A stretch of 64,000 nt of DNA from Minisyncoccota bacterium (GCA_021734445.1 JAIPIY010000001.1:110814-174813); one strand, 5' to 3'. Positions 38,732 to 48,693 are shown, counted from the first letter of the stretch. Numbers and translations: made by a program. The notes: generated by a model from the letters alone, not told the origin.

Positions 38732-38952
38732 ACAGGCAGCAGATATCTTTTTTTGAAATGGGTTTCTCTCTTTTGCACGTAGAGATACTTTTCATTCCAA
38801 TAAAAAAGACCTGCATTACAGGACTTCGGAACTGCTATAAGTGTAGCATATTGCAAGAGAAAAGTCAAGCTACTACAACATAATTAATATTATGTCAAAT
38901 CATCCTCTACCCTCAAAAAAGTCTTGTAAATAAAGGGTTTTTCTACAAAAAA

Positions 38953-38972
38953 AGACCCCGGTGAAGGGGCCT
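38953..38972. terminator. Hairpin plus T-run immediately after the rplE stop (end of the ribosomal operon in this locus).
   Basis: AGACCCCGG tgaa GGGGCCT with flanking A/T runs. Confidence 0.5.
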
Positions 38973-38978
38973 TTTTTA

Positions 38979-39557
38979 TTATTTTTTCTTTTTAACAACT
39001 TTCTTTTTCTTTTCGTCTTCTTTTTTAAATGGAACACCTAGGTATTCAAAATATGCCATAGCTTCGGCTCGATTTTTTGCAGTAGTTCCCACAGTAATTG
39101 ATAGACCAAATACATCTTTGATTTCTTCGTCAGGGGTTTCTGGGAAGATAGTGTGTTCGCGAATACCCAATGTCATGTTTCCGATTTCGTCCACGCTTGA
39201 TCGATTTACTCCACGAAAGTCTTTTGTCCGAGGTAATGCAATATGTACTAATTTATCAAAAAAAGATTTCATTCGTGCTCCACGCAAGGTAACCATAACA
39301 CCAACAGGATCTCCCGTACGAATTTTAAATGTCGCAATAGATTTTTTTGCACCACGAATAGAACCTTTTTGACCAGTGATTTTTCCTAATCTATCAACAA
39401 CCAACTGATTGCGATTTTTGTCAGATTTCATACCACGACCTGTACCCACAGACACAACAATCTTTGTTACGTGTGGTACTTGTAATGCATTTTTATACCC
39501 AAATTTTTCTTTTAGGACAGCGAATGCGTTTTTTTGTTTTTGTGTTAATGATTCCAT
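38979..39557 (-). CDS. rplE: 50S ribosomal protein L5 with a Lys-rich C-terminal tail.
   Basis: Classic L5 sequence; ends KKEDEKKKKVVKKKK. Confidence 0.9.
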   Translation of the reverse strand: MESLTQKQKNAFAVLKEKFGYKNALQVPHVTKIVVSVGTGRGMKSDKNRNQLVVDRLGKITGQKGSIRGAKKSIATFKIRTGDPVGVMVTLRGARMKSFFDKLVHIALPRTKDFRGVNRSSVDEIGNMTLGIREHTIFPETPDEEIKDVFGLSITVGTTAKNRAEAMAYFEYLGVPFKKEDEKKKKVVKKKK

Positions 39558-39580
39558 ACTCTGTGCAAACGAATAAATTA

Positions 39581-39886
39581 CTAAATTTCTTGACCGCTTT
39601 TACGTGCAATACGAACGTATGAGTCTCCGACTTTTTTCTTTCCAATACGAGAAGCTTTTTTGGTTTTTGGATCAACGATCATTACATTTGAAACATGCAT
39701 TGGTTTTGCTATTTCAATAACGCCCCCATCTTTGTTCGCAGATGTTTTCTTTACATGTTTTTTCACCTTGTTAAGACCATCTACGATAACTTGATCTGTA
39801 GTAGGAAAAACTTTGGCAATAATACCTGTTTTGCCTTTTTCTTTACCTGTTCGCACTATTACATTGTCTCCTTTTTTTATTTTCAT
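39581..39886 (-). CDS. rplX: 50S ribosomal protein L24.
   Basis: MKIKKGDNVIVRTGKEKGKTGII KOW motif. Confidence 0.85.
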   Translation of the reverse strand: MKIKKGDNVIVRTGKEKGKTGIIAKVFPTTDQVIVDGLNKVKKHVKKTSANKDGGVIEIAKPMHVSNVMIVDPKTKKASRIGKKKVGDSYVRIARKSGQEI

Positions 39887-39891
39887 ATGCA

Positions 39892-40260
39892 TTAAATTAC
39901 TTCTGGTGCTGATGAAGCTATTTTTTGATATCCACGTTCAGCTATCTCTCTTGGGATAGGACCAAACACACGACCACCTCGAGGTTCTTTTTTTGCGTCA
40001 ATCAATACTACTGCATTGTCATCAAAACGAATATATGAACCATCTTTACGTCGAAAAGCTTTTCGTTGACGAACCACAACACCTTTTACTACGTCTTTTT
40101 TCTTTACTCCTTTTCGAGGTTCTGCAACCTTTACAGACAACACAACAACATCACCCAATTCAGCATATCGGCGCTTTGAACCACCAAGGATTTTAAAAAC
40201 CTTTCCTACTTTTCCTCCCGAGTTATCGGTTATTTTTACAACAGTTTCTACTTGAATCAT
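39892..40260 (-). CDS. rplN: 50S ribosomal protein L14.
   Basis: MIQVETVVKITDNSGGK ... ; 122 aa. Confidence 0.9.
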   Translation of the reverse strand: MIQVETVVKITDNSGGKVGKVFKILGGSKRRYAELGDVVVLSVKVAEPRKGVKKKDVVKGVVVRQRKAFRRKDGSYIRFDDNAVVLIDAKKEPRGGRVFGPIPREIAERGYQKIASSAPEVI

Positions 40261-40264
40261 AAGC

Positions 40265-40528
40265 CTATGCGTTTTTTACAATAAATTTTTTATCTTTCGA
40301 ATACGGTCGTGTTTCCTCGATAGAAACATTATCACCCACTTTGAAGGCATTTACCTCGTCATGAGCTTTGTATCGTTTATCGCGCTTGTAATACTTGCCA
40401 TATTTAGGGTGCTTCACAAACTGAGTTACTTTTACAACAACGGTTTTATCCATAGCATCAGAAACCACAACACCTTTGAATGTCTTTTTTAGTGGTTGTT
40501 TTAAATTTTCTTGTGTTTCTTTTTTCAT
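40265..40528 (-). CDS. rpsQ: 30S ribosomal protein S17.
   Basis: [16 protein letters not shown] ... 87 aa. Confidence 0.85.
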   Translation of the reverse strand: MKKETQENLKQPLKKTFKGVVVSDAMDKTVVVKVTQFVKHPKYGKYYKRDKRYKAHDEVNAFKVGDNVSIEETRPYSKDKKFIVKNA

Positions 40529-40547
40529 ATGTTGTAATAATAAGGTG

Positions 40548-40742
40548 TTATGCTTGTGTTTCTTTTTGTGATTGTTGCAATGTCAGTATCCGTGCAATAT
40601 CTTTCTTTAAATTTCGAATCGCTTTTGTATTTGATCCTTTGCTTCCTGATATATCAAATCGTATTTTTTGCAATTCTTTTCTTTTTTCGCCCAAGATTGC
40701 AACCAATTCTTCTTTTTTCTTTTTTAGTAGGTCTTTCATCAT
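40548..40742 (-). CDS. rpmC: 50S ribosomal protein L29.
   Basis: 64 aa, helical, [12 protein letters not shown]; position between L16 and S17. Confidence 0.75.
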   Translation of the reverse strand: MMKDLLKKKKEELVAILGEKRKELQKIRFDISGSKGSNTKAIRNLKKDIARILTLQQSQKETQA

Positions 40743-40746
40743 AGGC

Positions 40747-41169
40747 TTATACTTCGCGAGAAACGATTTTTGTTTTTACTGGTAATTTTGCTCCTGCTTT
40801 TCGTAGTGCTTCGTAAGCAATTTCCTTACTTACTCCATCTACTTCAAACAAAATACGGCCTGGTCGAACTTCGAAACAAAATCCATCTGGATCTCCCTTA
40901 CCTTTACCCATGGGAACTTCGGCAGCTTTTGATGTAATTGGTCGATCTGGGAAGATACGAATCCAATAACGTCCAATTTTGTTCACCATACGTGTAACTG
41001 CTTTTCGGGCAGATTCGATCTGATTAGAACGAATACGCGCTGCAGTCATGGCTTTGAGACCATATGATCCATAAGCCAAGGTAACACCTCGTGTATCAGG
41101 AGTCAACAGTGCCACATCCTTTCGGTGTCTTTGCCATTTTCTGTGTTTTACTTTTTTTGGGAATAACAT
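40747..41169 (-). CDS. rplP: 50S ribosomal protein L16.
   Basis: [16 protein letters not shown] ... typical L16. Confidence 0.9.
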   Translation of the reverse strand: MLFPKKVKHRKWQRHRKDVALLTPDTRGVTLAYGSYGLKAMTAARIRSNQIESARKAVTRMVNKIGRYWIRIFPDRPITSKAAEVPMGKGKGDPDGFCFEVRPGRILFEVDGVSKEIAYEALRKAGAKLPVKTKIVSREV

Positions 41170-41178
41170 AAGCCAATA

Positions 41179-41850
41179 TTACGCGTTATCTTCTTTCTTT
41201 TCTAGAGAATCACCCTTATAAATCCAAACCTTGATTCCAATATCGCCGTATGGAAGATGAGCTTTTTCTGTCGTATAATCAACATCACCTCGTAAAAACT
41301 GCAGCGGGGTTGATCCTCGTTTGATCTTTTCAACTCGAGCCATTTCAGCACCACCTAATCTTCCTGATAAGGTCATTTTGAAACCTTGCACACCTCGGAC
41401 GCCCATAACTTTTTCAGCTGTTTGTTTCATTACCCGTCGAAATGGCATTCTTTTTTCCAAAGCTTCTGCCGACATTTGTGCAACAATAGCTGCATTAGCA
41501 TCAGGTTCTTTTACTTCGATGATATCAATATTGAATTCTTCTGGAATAGGAAGTTTTTTACGCTTCATTTCTTTCATGATATCGCTTTTTAGGCGAATCA
41601 TGTTTTCTCCACTACGTCCGATTACCATACCAGGACGAGATGTTGCAATAGCAACACGCATTGATTTTCGACTACGTTCAATATCAATAGAAGCAACATA
41701 ATTACCTCGAAGTCGTTTGTGTAAAAATTCTCGCAACAGAACATCACCTCGAAGAAAATCTCGGTATTTTTTACCTACTGCAAACCATCGTGATTTCCAA
41801 TCGCGAAGGATGATAAGACGTTGTGAATAAGGGTGTGATACTTGTGACAT
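41179..41850 (-). CDS. rpsC: 30S ribosomal protein S3.
   Basis: KH plus S3-C domains; 223 aa. Confidence 0.9.
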   Translation of the reverse strand: MSQVSHPYSQRLIILRDWKSRWFAVGKKYRDFLRGDVLLREFLHKRLRGNYVASIDIERSRKSMRVAIATSRPGMVIGRSGENMIRLKSDIMKEMKRKKLPIPEEFNIDIIEVKEPDANAAIVAQMSAEALEKRMPFRRVMKQTAEKVMGVRGVQGFKMTLSGRLGGAEMARVEKIKRGSTPLQFLRGDVDYTTEKAHLPYGDIGIKVWIYKGDSLEKKEDNA

Positions 41851-41855
41851 AAGCG

Positions 41856-42311
41856 TTATGATTCTTTGGTAACTTTTTTAGTAGTTTTTTTCGACGTTGT
41901 TTTCTTTGGTGCAGAAACTTTTTCTGGTTCTGGAGTTTCTTTCTTTGCTACCGGTGTTGATTTTTCTTTTGGTGTAACTGCATCAGAACCAGCAACGCCT
42001 AGAACCAACGTTACATGACTACTTCTTTTTAAAATTTGTGCTGCACGACCACGAGCACGAGCACGCCATCGTTTTATCACAGGTGCTTCGTTTACTTCGA
42101 TAGAAGAAACAATAAGACCACGAGATACACCGTTATTTTGAGCCGCATTTGCAACAGCTGATTGTAATAGTTTAATCAATGCAGAAGATGCTCGTTTTGA
42201 GACGAATGAAAGTTGTACCATTGCGTCATCTACTTTTTTACCTCGAATAAGGTCAGCGATAAGGCGGACTTTACGTGGTGATTGTCGATAATTTTTTAGA
42301 ATTGCTTTCAT
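41856..42311 (-). CDS. rplV: 50S ribosomal protein L22 with a Lys/Thr-rich C-terminal extension.
   Basis: MKAILKNYRQSPRKVRLIADLIRGKKV ... tail KKTTSKKTTKKVTKES. Confidence 0.85.
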   Translation of the reverse strand: MKAILKNYRQSPRKVRLIADLIRGKKVDDAMVQLSFVSKRASSALIKLLQSAVANAAQNNGVSRGLIVSSIEVNEAPVIKRWRARARGRAAQILKRSSHVTLVLGVAGSDAVTPKEKSTPVAKKETPEPEKVSAPKKTTSKKTTKKVTKES

Positions 42312-42314
42312 ATA

Positions 42315-42659
42315 CTATTTCTTTTTAGAATCCCCACTTGATTTTGCTGCTTTTGCTGCTGCGATATCTGATTCACGTTTCTTTTGTTCAAGTTCTTTTT
42401 GCATTTTACCTCCGTGTCGTACGAATACTTTTGAAGGTGCAAATTCTCCTAATCGGTGACCAATCATATCTTCTTCTACAAGAACTTCGATATGTTTTTT
42501 ACCGTTATGAACACCAAAAGTAAATCCAACCATTTCCGGAGAAATCATTGAACTACGTGCCCAAGTTTTAACAACCCCTGTTTCTAAGGGTTTTTTTCCT
42601 TCTATTTTTGATAGAAGTTTTGCATCAATATATGGTCCTTTTTTTAAGCTTCGTGACAT
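42315..42659 (-). CDS. rpsS: 30S ribosomal protein S19 with a Lys-rich C-terminal tail.
   Basis: [12 protein letters not shown] ... [10 protein letters not shown]. Start at the internal ATG (42657-42659 confirmed). Confidence 0.85.
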   Translation of the reverse strand: MSRSLKKGPYIDAKLLSKIEGKKPLETGVVKTWARSSMISPEMVGFTFGVHNGKKHIEVLVEEDMIGHRLGEFAPSKVFVRHGGKMQKELEQKKRESDIAAAKAAKSSGDSKKK

Positions 42660-42772
42660 AATGTGTATCAAAATAAAGCAAGCTCTGTATGAGCTCGCAT
42701 GTGCATAGTATCAGACTGAAAGAAAATGTCAACAGATAACCTCTGGAAAACCAAAATAGACCACAGGAATAT

Positions 42773-45700
42773 CTATTCATCAATACTGTTATTAGATTCT
42801 GCACCACTATCCTGATCTGCATCACCGGATTCCGAAGAAGAATCTGATTCGGTATTCTGTTCAGGTGATGATTCTGTTGGCGCATCATCTTGCGTCGACT
42901 GGTCTTCTGATGGGAATTCGTCAATAGTTGCATCATTAGTGTCTCCATCAGCTTCTTCTTCAATAATTAGTTCAGATTCAGAAGAATCGTTATTCTCTTC
43001 TTCTCCTTCGTCATCAGGCAACTCATCAATAATTAGTTCATCTGTATCGCCAGAATCATTTTGATTATTATTATTTGATGTATAGATAACCTGTTTTGTA
43101 GATCCATTCATCACTGATTCTAATTCGTCCCCTGTTACGCAAAAATCAGTTCCATCAGATTTTGCAACACAAATTTCTTCTGTATAAATTTCTTTTGCAA
43201 AGAATTTTTGTATCCCATTCCCCGCATCAGCAAACCAATTTCGTATACGTGAAAGAAGTGTTTCATCTGAAAGAGTTTGAATATCCATGAGTTTCAAATC
43301 CATTTCTTTAATTGCTTGTGTAATAACTGCAGTCATCTGAGCATAGTACACTGCTTTGTATCCATCTTCTCTTTCAATTACTAATTCAGGGAAATATTGT
43401 TCTAAATCTTGAGCAATGAACCCGATACGAGTTTTATTTGATTGATCACTGTTGAGAGTATATGAAACTGTTCTTACATTCAAAAGTTTAGAAAGAACAC
43501 CTGAAGATAGGTCGTTAACATTTGATTTTAATTGTTCGTCAGATGCAATAGAAGCAGAATCATACCAAGCTAAAACACCTGAACCATTTGTACCTAACAC
43601 ATAATCCATAGCACCATCTGTTGTTGGCCAATACCAATTTGTAGTACTTGATCCATCATTGTTTGTTAATATCAAACCACTCTCTTGCGCCCTAATACCA
43701 GCAGAACTATTGAGTGAAGGATCTGACCAACTTAATTGTGCATAATTACTAGCAGTAACAATAGCAGAATCTGTATTTGCACCAGCATAACTCATTGATG
43801 CAAAACCACTGTACACACCAATATTCGAAGAAAGACCACCGGGTTCGTCATATCTTAATATGGAACCACTTGAGTCTAAGAGTAACCGCCGAATATCTCC
43901 GCCTCCAAAATCAACAATACCAGAAATTGTATCATTTAAATTATTAACACTAAAACGAGTATCATCTCCAGTATAAAAAATACTATCATCATTATTCCAT
44001 GTGAAAGAATTACTTTGTGCGAGTACTCCGCCATCACCTACAAATAAAATGCTATTTGCATTAGCACTCCCAATTGTATCACCAATAGAGAGAGACCCTC
44101 CTCCACCCGGCACCCAAGTCATTATTCCTTCATCAGTAGAAGAAAGGAAATATCCACTTGCTACTGGATATGCAGTTGGCAATGTATATGTATCTCCTTG
44201 GAATTTCCATTTTGTAATTACATCAGGAATTGCAAATTCGTTTGAAACCGCTATTGCACCTGCACCAAGAGCAATTGCGTCTGAAGCAAACCATTCACCT
44301 ATGTCTGCACCTGCTCCTATTATTGTATTACCAGAACCAGAAACAAGACCAGCTCCTGCCGAATATCCATATGCAGTATTCGAACTTCCAATAGTATTAT
44401 TATATCCAGAATTATAACCAGTAAACACGTTATTAGAGCCTTCTGTATTAAAGAAACCAGCAGAAGGGCCAGAAAAGATATTATTAGAACCTTCTGTGTT
44501 TGCATAGCCAGAATGAGATCCAGAGAAGATGTTACTAGAACCAGTGGTATTTGCATTACCGGCGTTAATACCAGAAAAAATGTTCTCTGTACCTGTAGTG
44601 TTTGAATAACCCGCGTTAGTACCTAAAAAGATGTTATTAGCACTAGATGTATTTGAATGCCCAGCATTATATCCTATAAATATATTATAGTCTCCCCCGG
44701 CATTACTGTATCCCGCTTCGTAACCTTGAAAAATATTGTGACTACCTGTTGTATTCGCAGTTCCTGTATAATTTCCCAAAAAAATATTATGTACTCCCGT
44801 ATCATTTAATACCCCTGCGCCAGTTCCTACAAAAAAGTTACCGACTCCGGTCATAGTCTCATTACCAGATCGATTGTCGAATAAGTTCGTACCGAGAAGT
44901 GTAAATAAACTACCCCCACCTCCCGCTGGAGTTTCCCATGTCAAATTTCCAGAACCATCATTCGTCAGAACTTCTCCTGCACCACCCTGAGCATCTGGCA
45001 TGATCCAGTTGACACCTCGCATATTGAACTGAGTATAAGCTGGTCCAATTAAAAATTGATTTGATGCAGTATTGGTTGCTTGATATCCTAAACCGATACT
45101 GTTCGAATATCCTCCGGTTGAAGTATCATCACCAATTAATATTGAAGTGCCGATACTAGTATTATCAACAGAATCATTCAGCCCTGCATTTTCACCAATA
45201 AAAATACTATTGGCAGCATTTACTGCAGAATTACCTGCATCATATCCAATGAAAATTGACCGAAATGCAGAATACGCGGAATTACCCGCATTATATCCAA
45301 TGAAATTTGACAAATGAGCCCCTTCGGCATATTGGCCTGAACCAGCTCCTAGAAAATTAGAACCATACGCATTTTCTGCCTGATATCCTGCATATTGCCC
45401 GAGGAAGTTTGAACTTGAAGCATTCGTTGCACTGTTCCCTGCATAGACACCTAAAAAGTTTGAGTTGTTTGCGTTAGTTGCATTTTGACCAGATTGTTGT
45501 CCAAAGAAATTGGAATAAGTAGCATCAGTTGCGCCAAGACCAGCAGACCTACCAAAGAAGTTTGAGAATGACGCATTTGTTGCATCACGACCTGTTTGAT
45601 ATCCCAAAAAAACTGAATCTTGTGCGTCAGAATTTAATCCTGCTTCTAATTCTCCACCTGAAAACAAACCAAATATATTAACAAGTGAAATTGCAGATGA

Positions 45701-46741
45701 TCCTCCACCAGAAACTGCCTCCCAAGTTAAATTCCCTGAACCATCATTAGTTAAAACTGTATTAGATCCACCTTGAGTATCTGTCCAATCATAGCTCACA
45801 CCATTAATATAATGTAAATTACCAACTCCAAGATTACCTGGAACACCAACAACTCCTAATGGGTATTGACCGTAAGAGCCTAAGACAGAAAAAAGTGGAC
45901 TATCTCCATTTCCAGAATCAAGAATATTAAAAGCACTAGCATTACTTGCCCAGAAATTCATTTGCCCTCCCGAGTTAATCTGAAACAAATTACCTCCGCT
46001 AGAATTTTGTATCAATAATGGATCTACATCTTCATATGTATCAGACGTTCCTGGAACTTCTGGTGTCCCTTCGGCAAATGTTAACATATAGAAATTATCT
46101 TCGGGTTGTCCTCCAGCATCTATAACAATAGGTGAGTGTCCTGTACCGCTTGCAAAGGTAACAAAGATACCAGAAAAATCAAGATCGACGAGAGGCATGG
46201 GAACACCCGGAGTAATTTCTATCACATCATCAGGAATATCTAATCCACCACAGTTTCCTCCATAGGCAATACGATCATTAGCAAACCCATTATCTGGTGC
46301 TGTATCCCAAATACCGAAAATTAACATACAACCTTCTGGTCCATCGTATTCTCCTGAGAATGTCGCGTCTTGAAGCCCCGCACCAGTATAGTCGACACTG
46401 GCAACAGAACCTGGTGTGCCCGGAATCGTAGGAGTCCCCGGTACAAGAACCTGACCTGTTTGAATGTGTAATTGCGCCAATGGGGAATCTATACCAATAC
46501 CAACCAACCCTTCATCAAAAAATATATCAGTATCATTTGATGCAAAAGACCAAAGAGAACCACCGTCACCAATATCAATAATACAATCTGGATCAGCTGG
46601 TCCTGTACATAAATTATCTCCTACGGGATCTAAAGTTTCTCCTGGTGTAATAGCTGAAACAACAATACCTCCGTAGAGAGTAAGAGCAATGAGAAGAAAG
46701 AAAAAAATGGCGTGTTTTTTTAATGTTGTGAGTAGTTGCAT
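42773..46741 (-). CDS. Giant secreted repeat protein, paralog 1 (~1320 aa). Signal peptide; Cys-containing N-terminal motif AITPGETLDP; two blocks of 17-residue Gly/Asn-rich tandem repeats; C-terminal peptidase S74 intramolecular-chaperone autoprocessing domain; polyacidic tail.
   Basis: S74 signature ASDEQLKSNV ... IGFIAQDLEQYFPELV ... AVYYAQMTAV encoded near 43300-43546. Repeats such as SNFLGVYAGNSATNASS x7 and NNIFLGTNAGYSNTTGT x9. Start set at MQLLTTLKK (46741); the alternative ATG is at 46759. Confidence 0.8.
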   Translation of the reverse strand: MQLLTTLKKHAIFFFLLIALTLYGGIVVSAITPGETLDPVGDNLCTGPADPDCIIDIGDGGSLWSFASNDTDIFFDEGLVGIGIDSPLAQLHIQTGQVLVPGTPTIPGTPGSVASVDYTGAGLQDATFSGEYDGPEGCMLIFGIWDTAPDNGFANDRIAYGGNCGGLDIPDDVIEITPGVPMPLVDLDFSGIFVTFASGTGHSPIVIDAGGQPEDNFYMLTFAEGTPEVPGTSDTYEDVDPLLIQNSSGGNLFQINSGGQMNFWASNASAFNILDSGNGDSPLFSVLGSYGQYPLGVVGVPGNLGVGNLHYINGVSYDWTDTQGGSNTVLTNDGSGNLTWEAVSGGGSSAISLVNIFGLFSGGELEAGLNSDAQDSVFLGYQTGRDATNASFSNFFGRSAGLGATDATYSNFFGQQSGQNATNANNSNFLGVYAGNSATNASSSNFLGQYAGYQAENAYGSNFLGAGSGQYAEGAHLSNFIGYNAGNSAYSAFRSIFIGYDAGNSAVNAANSIFIGENAGLNDSVDNTSIGTSILIGDDTSTGGYSNSIGLGYQATNTASNQFLIGPAYTQFNMRGVNWIMPDAQGGAGEVLTNDGSGNLTWETPAGGGGSLFTLLGTNLFDNRSGNETMTGVGNFFVGTGAGVLNDTGVHNIFLGNYTGTANTTGSHNIFQGYEAGYSNAGGDYNIFIGYNAGHSNTSSANNIFLGTNAGYSNTTGTENIFSGINAGNANTTGSSNIFSGSHSGYANTEGSNNIFSGPSAGFFNTEGSNNVFTGYNSGYNNTIGSSNTAYGYSAGAGLVSGSGNTIIGAGADIGEWFASDAIALGAGAIAVSNEFAIPDVITKWKFQGDTYTLPTAYPVASGYFLSSTDEGIMTWVPGGGGSLSIGDTIGSANANSILFVGDGGVLAQSNSFTWNNDDSIFYTGDDTRFSVNNLNDTISGIVDFGGGDIRRLLLDSSGSILRYDEPGGLSSNIGVYSGFASMSYAGANTDSAIVTASNYAQLSWSDPSLNSSAGIRAQESGLILTNNDGSSTTNWYWPTTDGAMDYVLGTNGSGVLAWYDSASIASDEQLKSNVNDLSSGVLSKLLNVRTVSYTLNSDQSNKTRIGFIAQDLEQYFPELVIEREDGYKAVYYAQMTAVITQAIKEMDLKLMDIQTLSDETLLSRIRNWFADAGNGIQKFFAKEIYTEEICVAKSDGTDFCVTGDELESVMNGSTKQVIYTSNNNNQNDSGDTDELIIDELPDDEGEEENNDSSESELIIEEEADGDTNDATIDEFPSEDQSTQDDAPTESSPEQNTESDSSSESGDADQDSGAESNNSIDE
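44290..44820 (-). repeat. Coding tandem repeat: 51-bp units encoding the 17-aa xNIFxGxxAGxxNTxGS repeats (about 9 units).
   Basis: Periodicity read from the translation. Coordinates are approximate. Confidence 0.6.
45150..45600 (-). repeat. Coding tandem repeat: 51-bp units encoding the 17-aa xSNFxGxxAGxxATNAx repeats (about 7 units).
   Basis: Verified by back-translating 45160-45300 to IGYNAGNSAYSAFRSIFIGYDAGNSAVNAANSIFIGENAG. Confidence 0.6.
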
Positions 46742-46767
46742 ATGGTTGTAGTATAGCATGTTACTAT

Positions 46768-46801
46768 AAAAAGAAAATCCCCTATAGGGGATTTTCTTTT
46801 T
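46768..46801. terminator. Perfect hairpin AAAAAGAAAATCCCC tata GGGGATTTTCTTTTT between the rplB stop and the giant gene 1 start.
   Basis: 15-bp stem. It ends 9 nt before ATG 46759. Confidence 0.6.
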
Positions 46802-46805
46802 ATAT

Positions 46806-47642
46806 TTATCGTTTACCAGTTTTTCTTCGAGAAACAATATTTTTATTTGAGTATTTTTTAGGAGTTCTTGTTTTAACACCGTATGCTAATTTCCCATGAC
46901 GAGTTTTTGGACCACGACGTAAACCGATACCTTGACGTCCTTCTCCACCTCCGTGCGGGTGATCAACAGGGTTCATCGCAGATCCACGCACAGTAGGTCG
47001 AATACCTAACCATCGTGAACGACCAGCTTTTCCAAGATTTCGTAATTTATGTGATTCATTTGAAACTTCTCCGATAGATGCATATGATTTATCAGATACT
47101 TTTCGAATTTCAGTTGATGGCATTTTCAAGTGAGCGTACCCACGATCATGTGCAACTACCTGAGCATAGGTTCCAGCAGAACGAGCTAATTTCGAACCTC
47201 CTTGCGGTTTTAATTCAATGTTATATACAAAAGTACCTACAGAGATTTTTTCCAACGGAAGACGGTTACCTACGGTTACCGGAGCATCTTCGCTAACGAT
47301 AAATGTATCACCTACTTTCATTTTTTGTGGAATAATAACATACCGTCGTTCTCCATCGTGGTAACATACCAAAGCGATAAATGATGAACGGTTGGGATCA
47401 TATTCAACAGTTTCTATTTTTGCAGGAATATTGTGTTTATTGTACAAGAAATCAATTTCTCGATATTTTCTTTTGTGTCCACCCCCTTTGTGTGGGGTAG
47501 TAATGCGTCCTTGATTATTTCTTCCCACATGTCGTTTACCACCTTTTGTCAAAGCTTTGTGTGGTGTACGTGTTGTTAATTCGCTGTAACTTACAGTAAC
47601 TAATTGTCGACGTGATGGGGTTGTTGGTTTATATTTTTTCAT
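46806..47642 (-). CDS. rplB: 50S ribosomal protein L2.
   Basis: 278 aa, GRNNQGRITTPHKGGGHKRKYR ... SAMNPVDHPHGGGEGR. Confidence 0.95.
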   Translation of the reverse strand: MKKYKPTTPSRRQLVTVSYSELTTRTPHKALTKGGKRHVGRNNQGRITTPHKGGGHKRKYREIDFLYNKHNIPAKIETVEYDPNRSSFIALVCYHDGERRYVIIPQKMKVGDTFIVSEDAPVTVGNRLPLEKISVGTFVYNIELKPQGGSKLARSAGTYAQVVAHDRGYAHLKMPSTEIRKVSDKSYASIGEVSNESHKLRNLGKAGRSRWLGIRPTVRGSAMNPVDHPHGGGEGRQGIGLRRGPKTRHGKLAYGVKTRTPKKYSNKNIVSRRKTGKR

Positions 47643-47650
47643 ACCTATGG

Positions 47651-47983
47651 TTATACAAATTCAATAACAGATCCTTCTGCAAGATATACGACTGCTTTTT
47701 TGCCACCAGATTTTGTTCCTTTGATTCCTCTTCGTGCAACTGCCTTAGAAGGAATTTGTGTTACGGAAACTTTGATTGGTGAAACCTTGTAGATTTGTTC
47801 AATAGCCTGAACGATATCTCGTTTTGTAGACCGAGGACTTACCACAAAAGTATACGCACGTCCTTCTGACAATCGAGCAGTTTTTTCAGTAATTCGTGGA
47901 TTTCGTAATACCCAAGAAAGATCTCGAGTTGATTCCACGATTTCTTTTGCTTTTTTATTTTTTCCTGATTGAAATAATGCCAT
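47651..47983 (-). CDS. rplW: 50S ribosomal protein L23.
   Basis: 110 aa; position between L4 and L2; VLRNPRITEKT. Confidence 0.85.
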   Translation of the reverse strand: MALFQSGKNKKAKEIVESTRDLSWVLRNPRITEKTARLSEGRAYTFVVSPRSTKRDIVQAIEQIYKVSPIKVSVTQIPSKAVARRGIKGTKSGGKKAVVYLAEGSVIEFV

Positions 47984-47987
47984 ATAT

Positions 47988-48689
47988 TTATGCTTCTACA
48001 GCGGTTTTCTTTTTCGACTGAGCTACTTTTTTCTCTAACACAGCAATGGTATCTTTCGGTTGCACGAATACTATATACTGATGTGCCGCAACATCCAAAG
48101 CATTAATCTTTGAAAGAGTACGCACAGACAATTTAGGAATATTTCGCATACTTTTTCGAACATTTTCAGCTAATTCTGGACATACCACCAATGTGCTTTT
48201 TCGTTTTTCACCAGAAAGACCAGTGAATCCATCCAAAGAAGACAATGATGTTAATACAGAAGAAGCATCTTTTGTTTTTATTGCAGGAAACCGTAGGTCT
48301 TCTACAAACAAAATCATTCCCGCTTTTAGCTTATCAGACAATACATGGAAAAGTGCTTTTCGGCGAACTTTTTCGTTGATTTTTTTGTCATAATTTTTAT
48401 CAGCGCGTGGACCGTGCGTAATACCTCCACCAATCCAAATTGGCGAACGATTAGATCCATGACGAGCTCGTCCTGTACCTTTTTGTTTCCATGGTTTTTT
48501 ACCACCACCACTGACTTCGGCTTTGTTTTTTGTATGAGCTGTTCCAGCACGAGCATTTGATTGCAAAGAAACAATTACTTGGTGCACAAGGTCGGTATTT
48601 TTTCGAAGACCAAATACTGATTCAGGAAGAGTTACTTTTCCTGCAGGTTTTGCATCTTGCGTATATACATTTGAGGTAAGAGAAGTCAT
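47988..48689 (-). CDS. rplD: 50S ribosomal protein L4.
   Basis: 233 aa; GGGKKPWKQKGTGRARHGS. Confidence 0.9.
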   Translation of the reverse strand: MTSLTSNVYTQDAKPAGKVTLPESVFGLRKNTDLVHQVIVSLQSNARAGTAHTKNKAEVSGGGKKPWKQKGTGRARHGSNRSPIWIGGGITHGPRADKNYDKKINEKVRRKALFHVLSDKLKAGMILFVEDLRFPAIKTKDASSVLTSLSSLDGFTGLSGEKRKSTLVVCPELAENVRKSMRNIPKLSVRTLSKINALDVAAHQYIVFVQPKDTIAVLEKKVAQSKKKTAVEA

Positions 48690-48693
48690 ATAA

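Noticed and set aside
44290-45600. Perfectly periodic 51-bp DNA repeats, considered as a possible CRISPR-like or satellite array.
   Set aside because: They are in frame inside a long ORF and encode the 17-aa Gly/Asn repeats. They have no spacer-repeat structure, so they are coding tandem repeats, not CRISPR.
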